64,000 bases of DNA from Bacteroidales bacterium. GTDB taxonomy: Bacteria > Bacteroidota > Bacteroidia > Bacteroidales > GCA-2748055. The position numbers were made by a program, and so were the translations under genes. Location: positions 117,186 through 181,185 of the forward strand of contig JAWKKO010000005.1 in assembly GCA_041393235.1 (NCBI GenBank), given 5' to 3'. Below, in pieces: positions 1 through 10,300 of this stretch (position 1 is the stretch's first letter; the number at the start of each line of letters is the position of its first letter). The notes under the pieces are model-generated. The model had not been told where the DNA came from and made no database searches. It saw only the letters and a program-made list of their open reading frames with translations.

Positions 1-1872
1 TTGGCCATCGCCATGAACCGCATCGGAGGTCGAAGCAATACAGGGGAAGGGGGCGAAGACCCCAAGCGGTTCGTTCCATTGGAGAACGGAGATTCCCGCC
101 GAAGCGCCATCAAACAGGTGGCCAGCGGCCGGTTCGGAGTCACCACGGAGTACCTGGTGAACGCCGATGAAATTCAGATCAAGGTGGCCCAGGGCGCCAA
201 GCCGGGCGAAGGCGGTCAGTTGCCGGGACACAAAGTGGACAAGATCATTGCCAAAACCCGGTTTTCCATTCCGGGGATCACACTGATTTCCCCGCCGCCC
301 CACCACGACATTTATTCCATCGAGGACCTGGCCCAGTTGATTTTCGACCTCAAGAACGTGAACCCTCAGGCCAAGATCTCCGTGAAGCTGGTGTCGGAAA
401 CCGGGGTGGGGACCATCGCGGCCGGGGTGGCAAAAGCTTCGGCCGACCTGATCACCATCAGCGGTATGGAAGGCGGCACAGGCGCCAGCCCCACCTCCTC
501 CATCAAACACGCCGGGCTCCCCCTGGAAATCGGTCTGGCCGAAACCCAGCAAACCCTGGTGATGAACAATCTCCGCCGAAAAGTGGTGCTTCAGGCAGAC
601 GGTCAAATGAAAACAGGACGGGATGTGATCCTGACCGGATTGCTCGGTGCCGAGGAATTCGGTTTCGCCACCTCCGCCCTGGTGGTGCTGGGATGCGTCA
701 TGATGCGCAAGTGCCACCTGAACACCTGTCCGGTCGGGGTGGCCACACAGAACGAGGAATTGCGTAAGAAATTCAGGGGAAAAGCGGACTTCGTGGAAAA
801 CTTTTTCCGCTTCATCGCCCGGGAAGTCCGGGAACATCTGGCGGAAATGGGATTCCGTAGCTTCGATGAAATCATCGGACGGGCCGATTTGCTCGAAAAA
901 CGGGAAACCGGAGGCAACTGGAAGACCAAAAAACTGGATCTCAGCGATCTCATGGCTTTTTTGCCGGCGGCTCAAACGAATGCCCTGTATAAAAAGGAAG
1001 AACAGGATCACAAGATCGAGCATGTCCTGGACCGGGACCTGATTGCCAAAGCGGAAGCTGCTCTGGAACGGAAGGAAGACGTGGTCATCCACAGTCCCAT
1101 CAAGAACACCGACCGAACCACGGGCGCCATGCTATCTGGAATCATTGCCCGGAAATACGGAAGCGACGGACTACCCGACGGCACCATCAAAGCCCGGTTT
1201 GCCGGGTCGGCAGGCCAGAGCTTCGGGGCTTTTCTGATGAAAGGGGTGGAATTCTACCTCGAAGGAGACAGCAACGACTACCTGGGCAAGGGAATGTCGG
1301 GTGGTCGCATCATCGTGGTACCGCCGGAGGGATCGACCTTCCAATCGGATCAAAACATCATCATCGGCAACACGGTCCTGTATGGAGCCACATCGGGCGA
1401 AGCCTACATCTCCGGCGTGGCCGGGGAGCGGTTTGCAGTGCGCAACAGTGGAGCCACAGCCGTGGTGGAAGGTACCGGAGACCACTGCTGCGAGTACATG
1501 ACCGGAGGACGGGTTGTGGTCCTGGGAAAAACAGGCCGGAACTTTGCTGCGGGCATGAGTGGCGGGATTGCCTATGTTCTGGACGAGGAAGGCGATTTTG
1601 ACTACTACTGCAACATGGGCATGGTAGAGCTGTCCCTGGTGGAGGATCTGAACGACAAAAAAGAATTGACAGACCTGATATCCAGGCACTTTGAATTGAC
1701 CGGCAGCCAGGTGGCCGAAAAGATTCTTTCCAATCTGGACCAATACATGAATCATTTCATCAAAGTCATCCCCTATGAATACAAAAAGGTGATGCAAGAG
1801 CTGAAGCTGGAGGAAATCCGGAATAAGATTGCTCAGGTGGAGCAGGATGTTGAAATGATCGGAGACATTTAA
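1..1872 (+). CDS. gltB: Glutamate synthase large subunit, C-terminal ~620 aa (5' end cut by window edge)
   Basis: ORF is open from base 1. Motifs [38 protein letters not shown] and [13 protein letters not shown] mark the FMN/Fe-S domain. [10 protein letters not shown] and [11 protein letters not shown] mark the C-terminal GXGXG domain. gltD follows 13 nt downstream. Confidence 0.95.
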   Translation: MAIAMNRIGGRSNTGEGGEDPKRFVPLENGDSRRSAIKQVASGRFGVTTEYLVNADEIQIKVAQGAKPGEGGQLPGHKVDKIIAKTRFSIPGITLISPPPHHDIYSIEDLAQLIFDLKNVNPQAKISVKLVSETGVGTIAAGVAKASADLITISGMEGGTGASPTSSIKHAGLPLEIGLAETQQTLVMNNLRRKVVLQADGQMKTGRDVILTGLLGAEEFGFATSALVVLGCVMMRKCHLNTCPVGVATQNEELRKKFRGKADFVENFFRFIAREVREHLAEMGFRSFDEIIGRADLLEKRETGGNWKTKKLDLSDLMAFLPAAQTNALYKKEEQDHKIEHVLDRDLIAKAEAALERKEDVVIHSPIKNTDRTTGAMLSGIIARKYGSDGLPDGTIKARFAGSAGQSFGAFLMKGVEFYLEGDSNDYLGKGMSGGRIIVVPPEGSTFQSDQNIIIGNTVLYGATSGEAYISGVAGERFAVRNSGATAVVEGTGDHCCEYMTGGRVVVLGKTGRNFAAGMSGGIAYVLDEEGDFDYYCNMGMVELSLVEDLNDKKELTDLISRHFELTGSQVAEKILSNLDQYMNHFIKVIPYEYKKVMQELKLEEIRNKIAQVEQDVEMIGDI

Positions 1873-1885
1873 TCAGACACACGTC

Positions 1886-3312
1886 ATGGGAGACCCAAAA
1901 GGATTCATCAGCATAAAGAAGAAACCGGCCGGAAACCGGCCCATCAATGAACGCATCGCCGATTACAGCGAGGTAGAGCAGGTCCTCAATTCGGAAGACC
2001 GCCAGTTGCAGGCATCTCGATGCATGGATTGCGGCATTCCCTTCTGCCACTGGGGATGTCCCGTCGACAACCTCATCCCAGAATGGAACGACCTCCTGTA
2101 CCGGGGCGATTGGAAGGGAGCCTACGAACGTCTTGCGTCCACCAACAATTTTCCGGAGTTCACCGGACGGATCTGTCCGGCACCCTGTGAGCATTCCTGC
2201 GTCCTGAACATCGAGGAAGGGAATTCGGTGACCATCCGGGAGAACGAGGTGGCCATCATCGAAAGAGCCTTCACCGAAGGGTACGTTCAACCCCGCCCCC
2301 CGGCAACGCGAAGCGGCAAACGCGTGGCTGTCATCGGAAGCGGTCCGGCCGGCATGGCAGCCGCCGATCAGTTGAACAAGGCCGGCCATGCTGTGGTGAT
2401 GTTCGAGCAGGATGAAAAAGCGGGGGCATCCTCCGTTTCGGGATTCCGGATTTCAAACTCAGCAAAAGCGTGGTGGAACGCCGCATCCGGCTTATGGAAT
2501 CCGAGGGAGTGGAGATCCGGACGGGCGTTGGCGTAGGCCGGGACATCTCCGGAAAGGACATCCTGAAGGAGTTCGATGCGATCTGTCTTGCCATCGGCGC
2601 CATGCAACCACGGGATCTCCCCATTGAAGGCAGGGATCTGGACGGGATCCATTACGCCATGGAGTTCCTGACCCAGCAAAACCGGGTCAATTCGGGAACC
2701 TATGTGGCCTACGACAACCGCATCACAGCGGAAGGACGACATGTTCTGGTCATTGGAGGTGGCGACACCGGATCGGATTGCGTGGGCACGTCCATCCGAC
2801 AGGGAGCCAAAAGTGTGACCCAGATCGAGATCATGCCCAAACCGCCGGAAAGCAGATCCGGGGACAATCCCTGGCCATACTATGCAAAAACCTTGAAAAC
2901 CTCCACCTCCCACGAAGAAGGATGCCAGAGACGCTGGAACCTCTCCACCCTGGCTTTCCGGGGCATGCAACAGCGGGTGACCCATGCCGAGGTCGAAGAA
3001 GTCCGCTGGGAAAAAGTGGATGGGAAATTTGCCCCCGTTCCTGTGGAGGGCAGTCGCGAAACATTGGAAGCGGACCTGATCCTCCTGGCCATGGGGTTCG
3101 TTCATCCCATCCATGAAGGATTGCTGGAAGAATTGGGGGTGGATTTGGATTCCAGGAAAAACGTGGCCGTTAACAACGGCCAGGCCACAAGCATCCCCAA
3201 AGTTTTTGCAGCCGGGGATGCCGCCAACGGAGCCACCCTGGTGGTGACCGCCATCGCATCCGGACGGAGAACGGCACGCATGATTGATAATTACCTAAAT
3301 TCAGAACAATAA
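1886..3312 (+). pseudogene. gltD: Glutamate synthase small subunit (NADPH-dependent), reading frame broken once at a G5 run (2422-2426)
   Basis: ORF 1886..2536 carries the N-terminal Fe-S cysteines (CMDCGIPFC, CPAPCEHSC) and the FAD/NAD fold VAVIGSGPAGMAAADQL. The canonical continuation GGILRFGIPDFKLSKSVVERRIRLMESEGVEIR... is in the -1 frame (ORF 2470..3312, ending ...VFAAGDAANGATLVVTAIASGRRTA). One extra G would fuse the two ORFs into about 475 aa. Confidence 0.85.
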
Positions 3313-3432
3313 CCCCCATCTTGATTGAGGTGTTTCTGATGGATTACTAATTCATTTCAAAACATACCCCAGTTTTCATAGGGGGCTGCCATATTTTTTG
3401 TATCTTTCGGAAATCTCAACCGCAACAAATCC

Positions 3433-4821
3433 ATGAAGAAGAAACAATGGCTATATGCCCTCCTGGCATTCGGCGTCGTTGCCCTGTTGGGCATCCTCTT
3501 TCCCTTCGATTTCAACACGGGTGACGTTTCCGGCATCGACCCGGGCGACACGGCCTGGATGCTGGCATCCACCGCCCTGGTCTTTCTGATGACCCCCGGA
3601 CTCGGTTTCTTCTACGGGGGCATGGTGAAACCCAAGAACGTCATTTCGACGATCCTTCAAAGTTTCATCGCCATGGGCCTCATCAGCATCCTGTGGGTGG
3701 TGTTCGGTTTCAGTCTTGCATTTGGCGAGAGTGTGGGCGCCGAAGGATTCGGGTTGTTTGGTAATCCGGCCACATATTTCATGTTCCGGGGGGTCGGAGG
3801 AGCACCCGATCCGCAATTTGCCGCCACCATCCCCCTGGCTCTTTTCGCGCTCTTTCAGTTGAAATTCGCCATCATCACCCCGGCCCTTTTCACCGGATCT
3901 TTCGCCGGACGAGTTCGCTTCACCGCCCTGATGATCTTCATGACCCTCTTCATGATCTTCATTTACTGTCCCCTCGCCCACTGGACCTGGCACCCCAATG
4001 GCTTCCTGCGCAACTGGGGCGTGCTTGATTTCGCAGGAGGAACCGTGGTACACATGTCGGCCGGGATGGCCGCACTGGCCGGGGCTTTTTTCTTCGGTCC
4101 CCGGCGCGACTACGCCCGACCGTCTTATCCCGCCAACATTCCTTTCGTGCTGCTGGGTACCGGATTGTTGTGGTTCGGTTGGTTCGGCTTCAATGCCGGT
4201 TCGGCACTGGAATCCTCCGATGTAGCCGTCAAAGCCTTCCTGAACACCAACACGGCTTCGGCCTCCGCCATGCTGGTGTACATCTTTTTTGACGGAATCC
4301 GGGGACGGAAACCCTCCGCCCTGGGCGCCTGCGTGGGTGCCGTTGTGGGTCTTGTCGCCATCACCCCGGCCGCCGGGTTCGTGCATGTGGGATCCAGCCT
4401 GTTCATCGGCGGTTTTGCTGCCATCGCCAGCAACCTGATGATCCATTTCTTTTCCCGTCGGGGCGTGGACGACACCCTGGATGTATTTCCCGCACACGGC
4501 ATCGGGGGCATCGCCGGGATGTTGCTTACCGGCGTGTTTGCCGAAGAGGTCGGACTCATTGCCGGGCAAACGACCACCTTCCTGTATCACCTGCTTGCCC
4601 TGGTCCTGGTGTCGGCTTTCGCCTTCGGGGGATCTCTGATCCTCTACTGGATCACCAACAAGATCGTCCCCATGCGCGTACCCAGCCTGTATGAGGATGT
4701 GGGACTTGACATGAGCCAGCACGACGAATCACTTTTCTATGAAAACGATGCGAAGGTGAAGGAACGGAAAGAAAAACTGAGAAACTATTCCCCGGATTTC
4801 TATCCCAAGAAACCGAAGTAG
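3433..4821 (+). CDS. amt: Ammonium transporter (Amt family)
   Basis: 462-aa polytopic membrane protein. Amt signatures are present: DTAWMLASTALVFLMTPGLGFFYGG, AGGTVVHMSAGMAALAGA and FGWFGFNAGS. It lies directly downstream of gltBD. Confidence 0.95.
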   Translation: MKKKQWLYALLAFGVVALLGILFPFDFNTGDVSGIDPGDTAWMLASTALVFLMTPGLGFFYGGMVKPKNVISTILQSFIAMGLISILWVVFGFSLAFGESVGAEGFGLFGNPATYFMFRGVGGAPDPQFAATIPLALFALFQLKFAIITPALFTGSFAGRVRFTALMIFMTLFMIFIYCPLAHWTWHPNGFLRNWGVLDFAGGTVVHMSAGMAALAGAFFFGPRRDYARPSYPANIPFVLLGTGLLWFGWFGFNAGSALESSDVAVKAFLNTNTASASAMLVYIFFDGIRGRKPSALGACVGAVVGLVAITPAAGFVHVGSSLFIGGFAAIASNLMIHFFSRRGVDDTLDVFPAHGIGGIAGMLLTGVFAEEVGLIAGQTTTFLYHLLALVLVSAFAFGGSLILYWITNKIVPMRVPSLYEDVGLDMSQHDESLFYENDAKVKERKEKLRNYSPDFYPKKPK

Positions 4822-4922
4822 TCCGTTGGTCCGCCGGTCATTCGGCTTTGTTCATAAACATCGGAAAGAAGGTGTGGATTTTCTCCGTACATTGGGGCAT
4901 TGAACCTCAACCAAACATTCAC

Positions 4923-5549
4923 ATGAAACGTACTGTATCTCTTTTCTCCTTGTGCGGCCTGGTGTTGCTGGCCGGCTGCAGCAAAGATTCCATCAAATCG
5001 CTCGGGGACGACATTTCCCCCATGTCCAACGTGGGAGTCACCGTATCTTCCACCTCCACGAACATCTCCGGCGTCAGCAACATCAGTGGATCGGTCACCG
5101 GTCTGGACGATGGCGTTTCGATCTACACCGGGACGGCCACCATCACCAACGACAATTTCAAAAACATCCTGACCAACTTTCCGGGTACCGAAGTGGACGG
5201 AAACACCGTCACCATCGAAGGATTGGAATTCAAACAAACCACCGAAGGCATCGCCTCCATCAACGGACTGGCCGAAGGCATCATCGTGAAATATGACGCG
5301 GAAGTCGGCGACACCTACAAGACCGAGGATGGAGAACGGACCGTGGTCAGCCGTTCCTCCGAAGATGACTATTATTACGGATTCTACATGATCAAAGTCA
5401 TCCAGGTAGAAGAAACGCCGGAGAAATTCGGGGTGAAGAAAATCACCTATTGGGCGAACCACCGATTCGGATTGGTGGGCATTGAATTTACCTTCGACGA
5501 TGGCAGCACGGCCAAATTTCCCGTTTACACCAGCACAGAAAACAGCTAG
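4923..5549 (+). CDS. Hypothetical lipoprotein
   Basis: An internal ATG at 4923 gives MKRTVSLFSLCGLVLLAGCSKDS, a signal peptide with a lipobox Cys. The mature part is Ser/Thr/Gly-rich. I recognise no family. Confidence 0.6.
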   Translation: MKRTVSLFSLCGLVLLAGCSKDSIKSLGDDISPMSNVGVTVSSTSTNISGVSNISGSVTGLDDGVSIYTGTATITNDNFKNILTNFPGTEVDGNTVTIEGLEFKQTTEGIASINGLAEGIIVKYDAEVGDTYKTEDGERTVVSRSSEDDYYYGFYMIKVIQVEETPEKFGVKKITYWANHRFGLVGIEFTFDDGSTAKFPVYTSTENS

Positions 5550-5579
5550 CCTTTTCCAGTCCCATTTCGTACGGAACAC

Positions 5580-6872
5580 ATGAAATATCTCCTTCTCGGG
5601 GACAGGAAGATTCGTCTGCCGGCCTATCCCCACCACAAGAATTACCTGGCCCGCTACTATCGCTTTTTTGATGCCCGTACCCTCCTTGGCTTTCTGACCA
5701 TCGACGGTTGGGACCAGGTCTTCAAGAAGATCCGCATGAACCGGCGGACCCGAAGTGCGGTGCCCCGTCTTCTGCTCATCGATCCGACCACGGCCTGCAA
5801 CCTGAAATGCACCGGATGCTGGGCTTGTGATTATGAGAAGAATGTGTCGCTCAGCTACGAAAAACTGGACGAGCTCGTGGGGGAAGCGGAAAAGCTGGGG
5901 ATTCTCCAGATCATTTTCACAGGCGGCGAACCGCTGATGAGGAAAGAGGACATCCTCCGCCTTGCCGCTTCCCACCGGCGGATCACCTTCGGGATGTTCA
6001 CAAACGGGACCCTCATCGATGAGAACTATGCACGGGAAATGGCCCGGGTGGGCAACTTGAACGCCTTCCTGAGCGTGGAAGGATTCCGCGACGAGACGGA
6101 CATGCGCCGGGGCGAGGGTGTGTATGACAAAGTCCTGCAGGCCATGGACCTCCTGAAGAAGCACGACATTGCCTTCGGCTTCTCGGCTTGTTACCACGCA
6201 AAGAATTTTGATACGGTGACCAGCGATGCCTTTCTGGACTTCATGCGGCAAAAGGGCGCCTGGCTTGGGTGGCTGTTCAACTACATGCCCATCGGCAGCG
6301 ATGCGGACCTGTCCCTTTGCTGTTCCCCGCAACAAAGGGCCTTTGTGAAGGAAAAAATCGAAGCCTACCACAAACGGACCGGATTCCTAACCATTGATTT
6401 TGCAAACACAGGACACAAATCCTTTGGGTGCGTCGCCGCCGGCACCGACTACGCCCACATAAACGCCAACGGTGACCTGGAACCCTGTGCTTTCTTCCAC
6501 TATTCGGATGCAAACATCCACGACATGTCCCTGGAGGAAGCGCTCCGGTCTCCGTTTTTCAGGGAATTCCGGAATCAGAAGCCCTTTTCCGAGAACTTCC
6601 TCAAGCCCTGTCCTTTGATGGATGTGCCGGAGGCAGTGGCCAGACTCAGTCAGTTTCCCGGGGTGCATTCCACCCACCTGGCCCACCCGGAATCGGGAGC
6701 GGAACTGGCAGCCAAAACCCAGCCCCTGGCCGATGCGTGGAATCCGGTGGCGCAGGAGTTGTGGGAAAATGCCCCGGCAGCGGAGAAAAGACGTTTCGGG
6801 CAATTGACCCGGATCCTGGCCTGGGGACACAAAGTGATGAACCAATCCGCAGACCATGAAAACAGGCAATGA
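5580..6872 (+). CDS. Radical SAM enzyme with a C-terminal twitch/partial-SPASM-like auxiliary-cluster region
   Basis: The CxxxCxxC motif is present (TACNLKCTGCWA), followed by the GGEPLM SAM-binding motif. The C-terminal region has C-x13-G-x4-C (GCVAAGTDYAHINANGDLEPC). The full CxxCx5Cx3C SPASM block is not present. Confidence 0.85.
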   Translation: MKYLLLGDRKIRLPAYPHHKNYLARYYRFFDARTLLGFLTIDGWDQVFKKIRMNRRTRSAVPRLLLIDPTTACNLKCTGCWACDYEKNVSLSYEKLDELVGEAEKLGILQIIFTGGEPLMRKEDILRLAASHRRITFGMFTNGTLIDENYAREMARVGNLNAFLSVEGFRDETDMRRGEGVYDKVLQAMDLLKKHDIAFGFSACYHAKNFDTVTSDAFLDFMRQKGAWLGWLFNYMPIGSDADLSLCCSPQQRAFVKEKIEAYHKRTGFLTIDFANTGHKSFGCVAAGTDYAHINANGDLEPCAFFHYSDANIHDMSLEEALRSPFFREFRNQKPFSENFLKPCPLMDVPEAVARLSQFPGVHSTHLAHPESGAELAAKTQPLADAWNPVAQELWENAPAAEKRRFGQLTRILAWGHKVMNQSADHENRQ

Positions 6873-7314
6873 ACCGGACTTGATTTTATTCTCGAACCGA
6901 TACAAGGTCCCGGGTCAAATCCTCGTGGGTCTGGGAATCGTCGGCACCGTGCTCTATTTCGGCTTTCATTTCCGTTTCGAAATCCCGGTCCTAGCCGTGA
7001 TTTCGTCGTATCTGGAAACCAGGTACTTCGCCGTTTTTACAACGAATTTCACCGACGAAGCCATCATGCTTTGTTATCTGGCCGGATTCACCCTCTGGGT
7101 CTTTTCTGCCGAAAAGACTGAAAACGAGATCACCCGGACCCGGAGACTCCAGGCATGGAAACGAGGTTTGCTGACCCAGGTGGTCCTTCTGGGAGCCGGC
7201 ATCCTGTTTGTGTATGGAAGCACCTTCATGGCCCTTGTCCTGCTGAATGTCTTTGCGCCCTTTGTGTTTTTCCTCCTCCATTACCACCTGCCACCTCTTT
7301 TACGGAAAAGATAG
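6856..7314 (+). CDS. Hypothetical small membrane protein (about 4 TM)
   Basis: 152-aa ORF that overlaps the radical SAM stop by 17 nt. It has four hydrophobic segments, for example ILVGLGIVGTVLYFGF and VVLLGAGILFVYGSTFMALVLL. Confidence 0.5.
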   Translation: MKTGNEPDLILFSNRYKVPGQILVGLGIVGTVLYFGFHFRFEIPVLAVISSYLETRYFAVFTTNFTDEAIMLCYLAGFTLWVFSAEKTENEITRTRRLQAWKRGLLTQVVLLGAGILFVYGSTFMALVLLNVFAPFVFFLLHYHLPPLLRKR

Positions 7315-7372
7315 AATTCCCCCCGGGATGCGCCATGGCGGTGTCTGTGAAATGCACTACCTTTCCTCCCCC

Positions 7373-10300
7373 ATGAAACAGCCTGCCTTTCCCGGTATCC
7401 TCTGCTTTTGCCTGGGCATCTTTCTGTATCCCTCCTTTCTGGCGGGCCAGAAGCCGGTAACCCGCCCCGAATGGATGCGACTTGGGAGTGATCAGGACCT
7501 CATCAACGGGGTCCAGTTCAGCAATCATTTCAGTGCATACGACGGCCACCCTTATTGGGGCGACGAATCGTTCCGGGAGGGCATCGTTTTCGTGAATGGA
7601 AGGAGGTACGAAGGGATGAGGATGCGATACAATCTCTTCACCCAGCGGCTGGAAATCGAGTACACCGATCTGGAAGGGAACCGGAACCAGATCATGACCG
7701 TTCCGGAAAAAATTCCCCGCTTCGTTCTGGACGGTTCGATCTTTGAGCTTTGGACGCCCCCAATGGGGGAAAAAGCCTATTATCAATCCATTCGGGGCGG
7801 GACCTCCATCGCCTATGTGGAATGGAATAAGACGGCCGCCCTTTCCCAGAACAACGGTGCCAAGGAATGGGAGTTCCGGGAAACGGAACGCACCTACTGG
7901 ATCCGGGTCGGGGGCACATGGCACTCCTTCCGAAACAAAAAAGGGTACAGGCGATTGTTTGACCCTCCCGGGCGACGTGTTTTCCTTTCTTTGCTCCGAG
8001 CACAGAGTTTTTCCTTTGTGCATGCAGGCCCGGAATCGATTCAACGATTCCTCCCGGCTTTGCTGAAGACCCTTGACCGGGAATATCCGCCTTCGGAAGC
8101 CTTCCAGACCGAAGTCGATTCGGATTCCCCTGCCCATCGGCCGGGCTCCCTGGATTTGGAATCCGGGGCACGCCTCTACGGCCGGGACGACGAGCTGTCG
8201 GGACTGGATCCCGAAACCCTCTCCCAGACCAACATTCCGAGCCTGATCGAGCCCCTTGGCCTGGAGCTTTGGGAACGGCATACCAAGGAGTATTTCATCT
8301 TGCCTCGGGGGATGGTCCAACGGAATCTGCCACCCTTTGAAAATCGGAAACAATCCAAAGACACGATCGGCGCAACGACTCCCGACAATGAGACCCCAAC
8401 TGCAGAACAGCGGTATATGGAAGGCCGGACCGTGCGGGATCCGCTTCGAATCCAGCTCGGCAATCCCCTGGATGCGCGGACCGGGGAACGAATCCTGCTC
8501 CGGGGAACCATCCGTGAAATGGAAACCGGGGAACCCCTGGTGGGAGCCACGCTCTACATTCCGGAATTGCAGACCGGAAGCGCCTCCGATCTCAACGGCA
8601 GGTTCAGCCTGTCCATGCGACCGGGGAGCTACCAGGCCGAGTGCCATTGCATGGGCATGGAAACCCTCCCCTTGCTCCTGGAGATTTACCAAAGCGGAGA
8701 AGTGAAGCTTTCCATGGCGAAAACACTCATCCCGCTGGAAGAGGTCGTGGTCCGGGCCGATCGTCATCAGAATGTCACCGGCACCCAAATGGGGTTTGAG
8801 CGTTTGAATTACGGGGTTTTCAAGGAGATCCCATTGGTCATGGGGGAACGGGACGTACTGAACATGGCCAAGTTGCTTCCGGGTGTCCAGAGTGTGGGGG
8901 AAGGTTCGTCCGGATTCAACGTGCGGGGCAGCCCGGCCGACCAGAACATGATCACCATCAACCAGGTGCCCGTCTACAACAGCTCCCATCTTTTTGGATT
9001 TTTCACCGCCTTTTCGCCCGAAGCCTCCTCCGATTTCACCCTTTATAAAAGCCATCTCCCTGCCCGTTACGGAGGAAGGCTCTCCTCCTTCTTTGACATC
9101 CGAAGCAAACAGGGAAACATGAAGAAATTGTCGGGACGGGCAGGGATCAGCTCGGTGTCCTCCTACCTGGCCCTGGAAGGTCCGTTGAAAAAGGACAGGA
9201 GTTCCCTTCTGGTCAGCGGACGCAGTACCTATTCGGACTGGATCCTGCGACGCATGGAGGATCCCCTGCTGCGAAACAGCGAGGCGGGGTTTCAGGACCT
9301 GAGCCTGGTGTATACCCTGAATGCAGGTGATAACAGCCGCCTGCAATTTTTCGCCTATGGCAGTCTGGATCGCTTCAAACTGGCCGACATCACCTCCTTC
9401 GACTATGGGAACACCGGCAGTTCCCTGGATCTCTATCACCGTTTCAACCAGAATCTGTCATCGAATTTCACCCTGATTTACAGCGCGTACCGATTTGCGA
9501 CCACGAACACCCAGGAAGCTTCGACCGGGTATCGTCAGCGGTACGGCATCCAACATGCCGAAATCAAATCGGATCTGGAATGGTATCAGGGAGGAGAGCA
9601 CCGGGTTGGATTTGGCGGAAGCCTCATATTCTATCATCTCAACCGGGGGATTCTGGAGCCCTTTGGGGACCTTTCCCTGCGTGAACCCACGGATTTGGGC
9701 AAGGAGCAGGGAACTGAAATGGCTTTGTACGTCAGTGACGAGTGGACCTTGAGTCCCAGATGGACCCTGGATGCCGGTCTTCGCCTATCTGCATTTTCGC
9801 CCCTCGGACCTGCCTCGGTGCGCCTCTACACCCAGGGTCTGCCCCGGGAAGAATACAATGTGGAAGGAACAAAGGAGTATGGAAGAGGTGACATCATTCG
9901 CTTATACAAAGGAGTGGAACCCAGACTGAATCTCCGGTTTTTATTGAACAATGCCAGCAGCGTCAAGGCGTCCTATACCCGGGGCACCCAGTATGTGTTC
10001 ATGTTGACCAACACCCTGGCCCTATCCCCCACCGATCCCTGGAAACTCTGCGATTACCATCTGGGCCCCCAGCGGCTCGATCAGATTTCAGCCGGCTATT
10101 ATCTGGATATCCCCGGCACCGGTCTGAGCACTTCCATCGAAATGTACCAAAAATGGGGTACCCATATGGTGGAATACAAGGACGGGGCCAATTTCATCGA
10201 GAACCCCTATGTGGAAAGTGAAACAGTGGAAGGATCGATGCGTGCTGCGGGCGTGGAAACCATGATCAAACAAAAAGGCGGGATCCTCAGTGGATGGATC

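Noticed and set aside
2420-2428. Programmed -1 ribosomal frameshifting or transcriptional slippage at the G5 runs (also at 58699-58703).
   Set aside because: There is no X_XXY_YYZ heptamer and no obvious downstream pseudoknot. A G5 run is short for polymerase slippage. A homopolymer indel error is the simpler explanation.
7226-9439. Very long ORFs antisense to well-supported genes. Examples are 7226..9439 (737 aa), 28890..30893 (667 aa), 48263..50146 (627 aa), 11876..13588, 38771..40492, 19708..21303, 21430..22995, 54436..55938 and 3451..4722.
   Set aside because: Their translations are Arg/Gly/Pro/His-rich with no recognisable motifs. Each one mirrors a gene with clear family signatures. 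Stop-codon depletion on the antisense strand is expected with high GC and strong GC3 bias.
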